A stretch of DNA of 64,000 bases from Lama glama (Eukaryota): positions 38,814,001 to 38,878,000 of the forward strand of contig CM052816.1 of NCBI GenBank assembly GCA_028534125.1, given 5' to 3'. The notes under the pieces were generated by a model. The model did not search any database. It had not been told where the DNA came from and was given only the letters and a program-made list of their open reading frames with translations. The position numbers and the translations under genes were made by a program. Numbering within the stretch: position 1 is the stretch's first letter; every line of letters starts with the position of its first letter. Positions 52,660 through 64,000 of the stretch are shown one piece after another.

Positions 52660-53974
52660 TTGTACAAAAACACTGTCTCTGCATATTTGCTTTTCAAATG
52701 GGCAATTTTTTGTTCTGAATCTTAAAAACAGAGTATTTAAAGAAGATTATTTCCTTTTAATTATCTTTGAAATACACCTGCCATGTAAGTTGCTTTGTTA
52801 TTAAGACTTTGCCTTCTTAGGTCACTACTTCCCCTGGCTGTAGCATCTCAGTTGCTTTACTGTTTTGTTTTGTTTTGTTTATTTTATTTTATTTTATGCA
52901 TTATTCCACAGATCTATATTCTTTATTAGAGATCTGGGAGACTTCATATGATAGTTCTTATTTCTGTAGGTATCCGTAGTATCTGGGGCATGACATTTCT
53001 TGTAACAGTCACACGAGATGCTGAGAGAACACTGAAGACAACAAAGACGAGGCAGGGAAAAGATAAGAGTGAAAGGAGGGGAAAACAAGACATGAGAAGC
53101 AATACAGCCCTGATTTCCTGTTAAAAATCACATTACTTGCTAGCCGCACACATCTTACTTTCAGTTTAATATGCCTTTAATGTATATTGGGGAACTTGGA
53201 GAAATAGCCCCAGTCAGTTAGTTCCCTTAAGTCTTTTCTCACCGTCAAGAAAAGTGCTAATAGTTTGAAAGTATGTATCACTGGCTGGCCTGTGCCTGTT
53301 AATATTTAAAAGCCATTACTGAAGAAGCCCTTTAGTCAAGTGCCTCTTCATAGGCCTAAAGACCCTTGTCATTTACTGTATACCTGATAATTTTTTTTCC
53401 CTTTTATCTCTCTCCAGCAAGAGCTGGAAGTAACAAATTGTGACTGGTAACTATTATTCTTGAATAAATCACATCAAGGTCTGCATGCACTTCTCAGATA
53501 TATTTTACATTAATGCAACAGATGGAGCACATAATGCTTGCACAGTTATTGTGAGAAATCTCTGTCCAAATACTGTGCCAGCTTGCTATTTACTGCTGCC
53601 ACATAATGACAGGTAGAGACCAACCCAATGAGGTCACTTCAAATGAGGTAATGGGGTTATAATTGGATGTCTTTACTCCCAATCATTTTTACCCTGTAAC
53701 TGTTTAGAAAATGAAACAGTGACTTTTCTATTTGTCACAGACATCTTTTGGACATAACCTTCTATCCATTCTCAAAATGAGTAGGGTCGAAGGAAGGTAT
53801 TCATATCTACTCAGACATAAGAGAAAAGGAAATCTCATAAGCGGGGAGAAGCCAGAAACCAGTACAGTAATATAAATGCTGTGTACTATTGTTTGGAGCA
53901 GAGAATTAAGACAGCAAAACAACCTTCTGATATATCTTTAGGTATCCTATAGCCCTGAAATCTGGCACATTGCT

Positions 53975-54495
53975 TATTCCACATCTATATACCCCCAAAA
54001 CATACATTTATGCAAAAATTTGCACATGAATATTTGTAACATTATTCATAATAGCCAAAAAATTGAAAACTCAAATGTCCAAACTAATGAACGAATAAAT
54101 AAAATGTGGTATATCCATACAATGGAATATTATTCAGCAATAAAAAGGAGTGAAGTACTGATACATAACATAGCATGAAATTTTCAAGGTTTATTCATGT
54201 TAAGTGAAAGACTCCAAACAAAAGACTACATAGCGTATAATTCCACTTATATTAAGTGTCCCAGGAAAAATCTTTAGAGACTGAAAGTAGGTTCAGATTG
54301 CCTGGGATTAGGATGGGGCAGCAGATGGCAAGTGTCTGCTAAATGGGTATGGAGGTTATTTTTGAGGCAATGAAAATGTTCCAAAATGAGATCATGGTGA
54401 TAGTTGCACAACTTTATAAACTAAAAATCAATGATCGTGCACTTTAAATGGGTGAATATTATAGTGTATAAATAATATCTTGGTACAGTTGTTTT
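53975..54495 (+). mobile_element. L1MB-type 3' end
   Basis: aaatgtggtatatccatacaatggaatattattcagcaataaaaagga..gaaaatgttccaaaat..gcactttaaatgggtgaat. Confidence 0.85.
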
Positions 54496-55767
54496 GTAAC
54501 TACCTAGCTCAAAGAAAGAAGTCACTCTCTGATTTTGGTAAATACCATTTTACTGGGGCCAACTAAAAGAAAAAACTCTAGCCATTTCTAAAATGAACGT
54601 TTTCCTAGAAGCTAGTTCTAAAACAGACTCTTTTTAAATGAAAAATTTCAAAGAATTTACTATTACATCTAAATCTTCTTTACAAAATAAATAATTTTTA
54701 AAGTCCAAAAGTCACTCATTCTGTTTAAAAAGAAAAATTTATGACTTCCTGACAGTGTACATTGGAAACAAGTATAACTAAAAGAAAAACAAAAATGAGC
54801 TATATTTAAAGGGGCCAAATTTTCCCTTCACAGTCCCTTAGTAGCATACCACACTGGCAAAGAATACTTACTCAGTAGAGCAGCAAAAATCCAAGTTGTA
54901 TTTTGGCATTTTCTTTGTTAGTATGGTGCACGAAAGTGGCTCTCGAGGAGGAAATGAGAGATGAGAACAAGACATAGCAAGAACAAGGAAGAGATTTAAA
55001 ATCTAATCATTGCTATTCACGTTGTCGCTTGAGTATCTACATGAGATTCAGGTTACCTCACAACATCAAGATACCATAAAGAAGACACTAGGGTTTTGAT
55101 GTTTCTGCAACTTCTCCTAGACCTATATCCTCCTCCCTGACCCCCAAATAATGTAAACAAAATTCTGTCCAAGCAGATAATAACCACTAACATAGATCCT
55201 AAGGGCCACAGGGAAGAAATTATCTTTCAAAACCAGTCATTCATTCTTATTTTAATTCAAGTCAGCTTCCTCGTATCACCCTGTGGGTTCATATTTTACA
55301 TGTGCTTTGCATATGCACAAAGAATGTGAGGAACTATGCTGGTTGTAGAAACTGCTGGCCATCTTCATTATGCTTCAAGATGTCTTAATTGTTCTGTCCA
55401 AGCAAATGCTATTTAATTTTTCCTCTAACATAATATTGTAGGTGTCATTCTTAGACTGAAAAATTTATTTCAAAATGTGTCCTCCAGGTAAAGAAGGTAC
55501 TCTAGGCCCATGGTAACACAGAGCTAAATACTGAACAGGGAATGAGAAGACAGGATATATTCCAACCTTGTTGCCAGTCTTGCCATTAACCATTAGTGGA
55601 TGACTTTAAATTATAGAGTCTTTTGGAGTCTCAGTTTCTTCATCTATAAAATGAGACACCTTGACTAGAGGTTCCTTCAGATACAAAATGACACTTTTTC
55701 AGACTTTCTCTGTATCTTACTCTTTCCCTAGTCTCCTCACTTGCTTTTTTGATTTCACCCTCTGTAG

Positions 55768-55903
55768 GTGGCCTATATCTGCAAGGATATAGGGTGAATG
55801 AGCAGACCTTTAGCTTCAAGCAGTCAGTAATTGAACTCAAACCGCCATCTGAAGAGTTCAAGACTTTCTATTTCTGCGCAGAAAATCAGACAGAAAACCA
55901 ACG
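55768..55903 (+). CDS. PDZPH1: PDZPH1-like coding exon: PH2 beta4-beta7
   Basis: Acceptor ttcaccctctgtag|GT (phase 1), donor ACG|gtaagt (phase 2). (G)GLYLQGYRVNEQTFSFKQSVIELKPPSEEFKTFYFCAENQTENQ(R). Confidence 0.9.
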
Positions 55904-57853
55904 GTAAGTCAAGGTCTACATATTTCCTTTTCTTTATCAGTCCTGACAAGAGTATTTTGGCAAATCCTTGTCCTTATTTTCCAACTTCAACTCCACATCT
56001 TCAGTTAAATATCTCCCTTTCTCTGCATAGTCCCTATAGTTAACATTCCCCAGAAATTTTTTTTTCTTTCAATGTATAGAAGATGACTCTTCTGGAAGTT
56101 TTTCTTTTATTTTCAAATAAAAAATGAGTCCACAATTCTTCCCAAGATAGTAACTGATGCAGGATTCAACCTAAAAAATCCACTAACACTGTAAGCTATA
56201 GATATTCTAATTTATTAATTCACAGATTTGCTATTTCACCACCTTTTACAAGATTCTTACTGGTAAGTCCATCTGGTTGGTTGTTTGGCTTTGTTATAAG
56301 CCATTAAAGGGCACAGGACTTATCTAAATCGATAGGTTCAGTATCCAACCTCGCATACACACATGGATGCTCGGCTCATAACAATTCTAAAAAACAAACA
56401 AAAAAACAAAAAAACCAGCAGTAAAGTTAACAGAGACAAAACCATGAAGCACAGGAAGTCCTAGATGCTCCTCCATCTCTCAAGTTTTCCCCACCTAACT
56501 TCAATTTCTAAGACACCAGTTTCCTACATCTTCCATTCCTACCCTCAACTGCTTGGTGACCTTCCCTCACCTCATCCCAGACACTCTGTCTCAACTGTCT
56601 GTATAAAAAGGATCTAAGAAAGAATTTCACGTGATTTATTAAAACAGAGCACATGGTGAAATTTCCAGGGCCATTTGCAAGAGCCAGATTCATTGTTTCA
56701 ATCTAAAGAAATAAAACTCCAAAAGCAGAATTTCAGGAATCTCCAGCAAGTGATCATTTGGAGAAGGGAAAAGGGGTCTCCCTAGGCCTCCCCCAGTTGT
56801 GTAATCTTCCTTGTTCGGCTCACTCCTAAGTATGGACTATGGTGGGAAGATAATGGATATAGAATTGCCACATATTTTCCCAAGATCTTCTTTCTCAGAC
56901 TTGTGCCGTATAGTCTGGTGGCAGATTAAGATGGTCCCTTGAAAGTTAGGCTCCAGCTAGTATATTAGAAAAAGGGTCAATGAAACAGAGTTGACTCCTA
57001 TCTGATAAAATTTCCTGAGTTCTCTAAGAGAGGAAGTTGAATAGTTGGATCCAAATCCATGAGTGGATATTCAACAATAGGGAACCATATTGTCATTAAA
57101 GAAATATTTCAAAGTATAAGAGCAAGAGTTTCACTAAGTGTCATTTATGAACTCTGGTTTCACAAGATACCCCACTTCCAAAAAGTAGTCAAGTAAGTTT
57201 AGGAAATAATACAAATCATATTCCCTTCTCAGAGAATCACAAAGGACATTAACTTAATGTTTCCAGCACACCCTGCTGGGAAGAATCATTGTTAATTCCT
57301 CACAACTTCTACTACCTAAGCTTATCTGACCATTTTTTTTTAAATTATACCTATTAACCACCCTTAGAATAAGTGTTATATGGGCACATTTTTAAAAACA
57401 TCATCCAAGAAAATGAAAGAAACAGAGAGGAGACTTAACAGGAGAGGTTGCTGCGGTTTCAAGATTGTGACATAGAAATATTTGGCCCTAACAGCAGTAT
57501 GTGATTACTATACATTTGATGAACTAAATTTAAGCAGAAACAGTAAAATTCTAGTAATAATTTTAAATAGCCCTATAGCTTTGTTAATTACCATTTACTA
57601 ACACTGGACTCTCTTCTGGCCCTATTATTTACATTAACATGGCTTTACTTCATAGCTACCATTGCATATTTCTCATTTAGTGTTTTACCTTTTTGTTTAA
57701 TCCAAACCTAAGTATCATAGGTTACTATATTAATTTAAAACTAAATAACCAAGAAAAATAATTTCAAAACAAATTAAAAAGATTTTGTAACATTTCTCTC
57801 ATTAGAGTCCAACAGTTTTTTTAATGACCTGTCCTGTGCTATTATTTCTGCAG

Positions 57854-57953
57854 TTGGATAACAGGTCTGAAAATGTCTATCAAAAAATGGCTTCCTTTGC
57901 ATCAAGCTATTCAAGACTTCATGAATAGACCTCTAGAGGAGACCAGAATGTGA
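57854..57953 (+). CDS. PDZPH1: PDZPH1-like terminal coding exon: PH2 helix and C-terminus
   Basis: Acceptor tatttctgcag|T (phase 2). (R)WITGLKMSIKKWLPLHQAIQDFMNRPLEETRM*, with TGA at 57951-57953. Confidence 0.9.
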
Positions 57954-58252
57954 CAGAAATCCTAACCTTAAGAGAAAGGATCCACAAAATCACCACCAGG
58001 TAGTTGTGGGAAGAAACAAAAACATTTTATCATTATATAGCTTTTCAACTGAATGTTTTCAAATGACTATATTAAAATTTTGCGATAAGGTTGTAATTTT
58101 GATTTTGAACCAAAACACCAAAATCTAATGTGATATTCAGATAATTTATATCATTATCATTAATACCTCCATGCTTTTCCCCCTCAGGCTGTACATGTTA
58201 GCATCAAAACATAGCATGCCCCCTACCCCTGGCTTTTTTAAAGCGTAAGTAC

Positions 58253-58258
58253 AATAAA
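58253..58258 (+). terminator. Probable polyadenylation signal of the PDZPH1-like gene (3'UTR ~57954-58280)
   Basis: AATAAA ~300 nt after the stop, followed by a U-rich tract (ttgatttattttactttttcttttatattctttg). A second AATAAA lies at 58391-58396. Confidence 0.6.
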
Positions 58259-60329
58259 AGTTGATTTATTTTACTTTTTCTTTTATATTCTTTGCTTAAT
58301 GTTCCACTCTGTGCTTTGACTGTAGGCTTCCTAGAATGTCTATAGGTCATGCTATAGGAAGCTGATATTTGGGAAATTTAAGATCATGGAAATAAAGTGG
58401 CTTAAATGATAAGTAAATAATTCAGTTAAACAAGGACGTTTCTGTTAGGTACAATCAACTGGCCCAAGTGCTTCCCAGAACTTCACAGATAAAAGAAAAT
58501 AATAACAATTATTATTATAAAAGTTATGTAAAGAAATAATTAGACTGAATTTAGGCGAGAAAACTCAGAGGCATAGGTCTTATTGTTACCTGAATTATTA
58601 TCTGAATATCTGTCACACTGCAAAAGAAAAACACAGCATAAATTAAGACTGTCCTGCTCTTGATCCTAAAAGTAAAATTCAGAGAAATTTAAGAGTAATT
58701 TCCAAGCACTGGCTTCAATTCTCAGTGGAACAATCCTAATGTGTGTCCAAGATGCTGTGATGCACTTGGAGGTCCGATGCCCTCACTAATGCAACACAGA
58801 ATACAAATTTCAGGGAGTTCAACTGTCAGATTCAAGTGCTCTGGAACAACTCATGACAACAATGAAAACTTGAAATCTTGTCTTTTCATAAAATAATTAT
58901 ATTTCAGAACTCACAAGGAGCTTACAACTCAACCTTACAGTCTCTTCTTCCTGGCTGAGTGAGACTCAGGGAGGTAACTGTCTGTTGATGATCACTACTT
59001 GTTAATGGCAGAACTGGAGCTGAATCTGGGTCTTTCTCCCTCCATCCAGCATTGTTTCCACTCATCCTACGGCCCCTCATTATGCCCAAAGATGTGGTGT
59101 GGTTTCACAGAGATAATGCAACAGCCCACTCCCCAAACGTGTCTACTACTGGCTGAGAATTAAAAAACACTGATACCAGGAATAAGTCACATTTATATTT
59201 CTACAGTCTCATGGAAGGCTTTCCTGTTAATTTGAATTATATCCTTTTCTAGAGAATCGTAAATGTGAAAAAGATATCAACATTCATGCCATTTTTCCTG
59301 TACTCTTCACTCCCACAACCCCCATCCAAAAGACTGAACCCTTGACATAGATGGCTACAGCTTGCAGCTGTTGTCCACCACCACCCAGATAAAGGAGGCT
59401 TGTGAGCATGTGAGCATGTGCAGCATAGTTCCCGTATTAAGAGAAGCTGCCTAAATGAACTCATGCCCTAAACAGCATGCTCCAGTACTCTGACCAATTT
59501 CATACCATAATCAAAAATATTCAATTAACAATAACAGATAGCCCTCTGTTCTGACAACGGTCCCTTTGTTCCCCCAGCATTTGTCATGGGTAATAATGAG
59601 GACTTTGAGCAGGGGCATCATCAGTAATGTTCATGTCAGAAACCTGGAGCTCACACATCCGCTCCCCAGCGGAGCACTCCGCCTTTCTGGAGCTGGGCCA
59701 TGGAATGCACAAACGGTGCTGTTACCAGGCAGCCAGCTAGTGACCGTGGCCAACTGTAATGCTGGCACAGAGCTTTCCCCTGAAGGAGAAAAACAAAAGT
59801 TTTCTCAGTAAAATGTGAATACAGTTTTCCCTGAATTAAGCACTCATACAACTCACTAGAAAGTGAAAGGTATCAACAGTCAAGGTTCGGAGTCACTCCT
59901 CAAAAGCTACCGCTGTTATTCCTGGAAGATCCTACAGATCTAAACAATCTCAGACAGATTAAATAAGAAATTTTGTGTGAGTATTTTAATGTGGAGAGGA
60001 TTCTAGGCTTTCAAATTATTTTTAACAGAAATGAGACCCCAAAAAGACTTTTTAGTTCTAAGATCAGTAATATTTCCCAAGACCCACAGTTTCCATCTCC
60101 AGCAGGATACTAGGGAGGGAAAAGTGCAGGGTGAGCCTTCTACCTCTGCACTATCTGCCTACACATTTTAGGATTAGCCCACCTTTTGGTGAATCAAGAA
60201 CTCCCCATTAGCCCAACTGTCAGTTAGTCAACAAACGTTCACTGAGCACCTACTGTGAGCAAAGCACTGGCTGCCACCAGCCTACTACCATTATGGAGAG
60301 GCAAAAAAAAAAAATTGTCCAAAGCACGC

Positions 60330-60540
60330 ACTCTGCAGCCAGAGAGCCTGAGTTCAAATTCTTGTCCTGTCACTTCCTGGCTATGACCTTGGGCAGGTTA
60401 CTTTAACTCTCCTCGCTTTAGTTTTCTCATTTATAAATGAAGACAATTATAGTGTCGGTCATGTGTGTTTATGAGAATTAAATGAACAAAGTTTGAAAAG
60501 CTCTGGAACAGTGAGCAGCCCCAGTGAACTCTCAATATGA
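60330..60540 (+). mobile_element. MIR SINE
   Basis: cctgagttcaaattcttgtcctgtcacttcctggctatgaccttgggcaggttactt..agttttctcatttataaatg..gagaattaaatga. Confidence 0.75.
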
Positions 60541-62374
60541 TTATCAATAATCATTTGTGAGCATGGCCAGGTAGCTATAATCAGACCTCACATCCCTGTG
60601 GACAGCTTCAGAAGAACTACATCTTGTCTCCTTCCCCTCACTATCTGAAGATGGAGAGGATGGCAGGAAGTTCCATTAGTGCTTCCTTCTTATATGGGCT
60701 TTAATAAAGAGAGTCAACTACAGTTTCAGGCTTTCTGGGTTATATGCAGCATCATATCACCTATTTAGAATCCCAAAGGCTGATGTGAAGCTGTCAAAAC
60801 TCTGCAAGCCCAACTCATTAGTAAACTTGGAAGATCTTCCATCCACATTCCTAGAAGTCCTAAACTAGACCCAGATTATTTTCCGAAGTTCCCTCCAGGG
60901 CCGAAGTAGTGCTGGTCTAACTCCAATGCTTGTTCTGCCTCATTTGTCAACTTGATGCGCATACGATAAGGAAAACCACTGGACTGTTCTGTCCTTGGGA
61001 ATTACATTTAGTGAAGTTAAATTAATAAATACCAAAGAACACAATGATTGGTTCCCTTAAGAAGGGAACACTAGAAGCAGTCCATCTATTTCCTTATTTG
61101 CCTCACTCACTCAGCCCAAGAAAATAATCTCAGCCGTCCCTTGCCTCCAGATCAACTCTGAAGTTACTTCCCGGGTCTGGTACAATCTTCCCACACACAT
61201 ACACTTTTAAGAAAAAAATACGTTCTCAGTAGAGGTTTGGCTAACATAGTAGAATTCTGTCTTCCATTCTAGTCTGCCCAACGACCACGTAAAACCCATG
61301 TCAAAGGCATGATCATAGAAGGATATAAACGCTAATAAAACTATAAAGCATATTTTTAAAAAAAAACACCCTATTCTAACAATACCTTACATCTTATAAT
61401 ATTACATATGTATATTTTTGGTTAAAAAATATCCCTTCACATATTTCCAAACCTGCACCCATTCTCGAGCAGAGAATCCACATTTCAGTGACTCTTCACA
61501 GTCTGTAAATACCTGGAATGCATAAACAAGATTCCGAATATACTATTAGATTATGTAATCAATTATCTGCAGTGGAATGGGAAGGATCGCATGTCTGTAA
61601 TTATTGGTAATGATGACTTCAGGAAGGGAGGAATATGTCTGTTTTACTCACTGCCTTCCCTGAAGCTAGCACAATGTCCAGCATACATTAAGCACTCAAT
61701 GTTCATGTAGTAAGAGCATAAATTTCAGTTACTGATCTGATCAAAAATGAAAATTAAATCTGCCAATTTTGAGTTTAGAGTTTGGGTTGCATCAAGACTT
61801 AAAGGATTACAAATTATAGAAAGATTTTGTGGAGAACTTAAGCATAAAGATAGTACAATTATGAAGCAATTGTGGCATCTTATAGAACCTAAAGGCAAGA
61901 ATGCACCCGAGAGGCAGTCTCAACAGGGATTGAAGCATAAGAAGAAATCCAAGGTATCTTCCTCTCTCTGCTCTACTGTTTGTTGTGCCATTTCATTCCT
62001 CTTTCTCCCTGCAAGTTGACTTTAGTTCATATAGAGAATAAATGCATGACTTGTGAGTCAAAATCCCAATGACACTCACAGCATTTTAATAGCATCCACA
62101 CAGAAAGACTGCCTAACCTGGGTATTCATAAAGTCTGTGGCCAGAGAATGGGAAAGGAAAGCTTTTGTAGCCATCATAGCTAGTGTCAACACGTAAGTGG
62201 GAGGAAGAGCCTGTAAACTAGGAAGGCTCCAATTAGAGGAAATGCTGTGCCTTCACTCTCCAAATACTTTAAAGTTGTATGTCTTACCTTGAATGCCTCG
62301 ACCCAGAATGTTATCTAGGCATTTGCTATTCAAGTTAAGCATCTATCACTTGCCACTAACGAGTCTTGAGTTAT

Positions 62375-62500
62375 TCGAGTGACCATATAATTTAGCTTTC
62401 AAATCAGGACACTTTGAGAGAAGACACTGTTAATAATTATACTGAGACAACAGATGTATGCAGGGAATGTCTCAGACAAAATGAGACATATGTCATCTTA
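62375..62500 (+). mobile_element. MER94-like hAT-Blackjack MITE
   Basis: gagtgaccatataattt..caggacactttgagag..taataattatactgagacaacag..gacatatgtcatctta, with decayed inverted ends. Confidence 0.7.
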
Positions 62501-64000
62501 TGAATAACGTACAAACTGGTTCTCTGCTTCCTCATCCACATAGAGGAGCACGATTTTAGCTGACAGCTTCAAGTTTGTACATTGTTCTGAGTCCAGTTCC
62601 CTATGAGAAAATAATTCCTACCTTTCAATATGAATTCCAACAAATTGAAAAAAACCAATTACTCATAACCAAGGAGGTGTGGTCACATTACAAGAAAATC
62701 GACTCTGGGAGCTCTGCATTCCTAACGCTGTGTTTGTTTGGAATGGAGTCGGGTGGGTGGAGGGTTGCATTTCTAGAAAAATGGAATCTTTGGGAAGCCC
62801 AACGTTGGGACTTCATCCTACATAAGTTTAATGCTGTGCAAGAGACCTAGAGGCCAAAGAATTCCCATCAAAATGACTACACAACTTTATGAGTTAGCCT
62901 GCCACAGCACCATGAACACTTGCAGAAAACATGTAATTCCTGTATCAGAGACAAAGGACGTTATTACTCACAGCAAAAGCAGCCACTGCCCACCACTGTT
63001 AAGCTGTAGCCTATGACGCTGGTTAAAGTATCACCAACTAGCTGTACTGCATACAATAAGTCATTTGGCTTTTCCAGTATTTAGTCTCCTCACCTTTATT
63101 TTTGCTATGCAGACCCTGAAACAGATTTTTAAACTAGTTTACTTAAGCAACAGTTGAGAAATTATTGTTTTTCCAAAGCTCATATGAGAACAGTGGAATC
63201 AATTACCCTATACTTTTAAAAGGTTACTATGTTATACAGTAAATTAATATACAGTTTGAGATTATGAGGAAGGTATAGTTGTCTGTACTTAAAATTAAAA
63301 TATGAAATAAGACTCCTTTTGGTGGACACTGTTCAAATAACCCTGGAATCAGACGACCATTTACAGAGCTCCGCTGTGGTGTAGACTTAACAAAACAATT
63401 AAGTGTTAAGTCGGGAGTGTGAGTATGAAACAGGGACTCTCTTGAGTGAATGCCATTGAACCACACCAAATCCTTTATTTTGCTAAAATTGTTCCTCAGA
63501 CTTTCCAACTGATCATACATATCTGTCCTTCATGCTTCATCAATTTCTCAACTTACAGACAAAAATAGTTTTGCTCAGTGTATCTGTTCAATTGTAGTCA
63601 CTGTAATTATGACTTTACTTTTAAATAATCCATGCTGTATTTTTTTTTATGTTGTAAAATAAATTAGATTTTGTTTGGGGTAATTTCACTCTATCCTTTG
63701 CAGTAACATAAGGTAACAGTTTTGCTCCACTTTCAAATGGACTTCTCATTCTAGCTTCTCTCACCTTCCTCTGGAGTGTTAATTACAGGTGAAATCTGAT
63801 ATTAATTGGACCAATAGGGTTATACATAGCCTTTCAGTATTATTATATTTACTGCGAATTATTTAATTATAGGTTTCTACAAAAGGATACTGATAATAGT
63901 GTTTTCAGGGTTTTTCTTCCCTCTTGTTCTCACGCGAACAGCTTCCTGATCTTTCGAAAGGAATTTGTGTTTGTGAGTGTGTGTTTATCATCTTTTTTTT

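Noticed and set aside
56388..56415. A-rich tract suggesting a SINE or retrocopy tail
   Set aside because: No recognisable tRNA/7SL-derived head or target-site duplication upstream.

Overview
AT-rich, repeat-dense placental-mammal genomic DNA. It holds the 3' half of one spliced protein-coding gene on the + strand. Six GT-AG exons (5227-5405, 44483-44640, 46374-46416, 48253-48439, 55768-55903, 57854-57953) join in compatible phases into an uninterrupted ~267-aa C-terminal ORF. This encodes the last strand of a probable PDZ domain, two tandem PH domains and a C-terminal ETRM*. The architecture best matches PDZPH1 (PDZ and pleckstrin homology domains 1), which is a pseudogene in human but appears intact here. 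The upstream exons lie before the window, and a 39-kb intron splits PH1. The rest is old eutherian interspersed repeats (L1, L2, MIR, MaLR/ERVL solo LTRs, hAT and Tigger DNA elements), including a near-full-length Tigger1 nested in a MER82-like element. Nearly all ORFs in the supplied track are spurious. Repeat subfamily names come from recalled consensus sequences and their boundaries are approximate; no database search was run.
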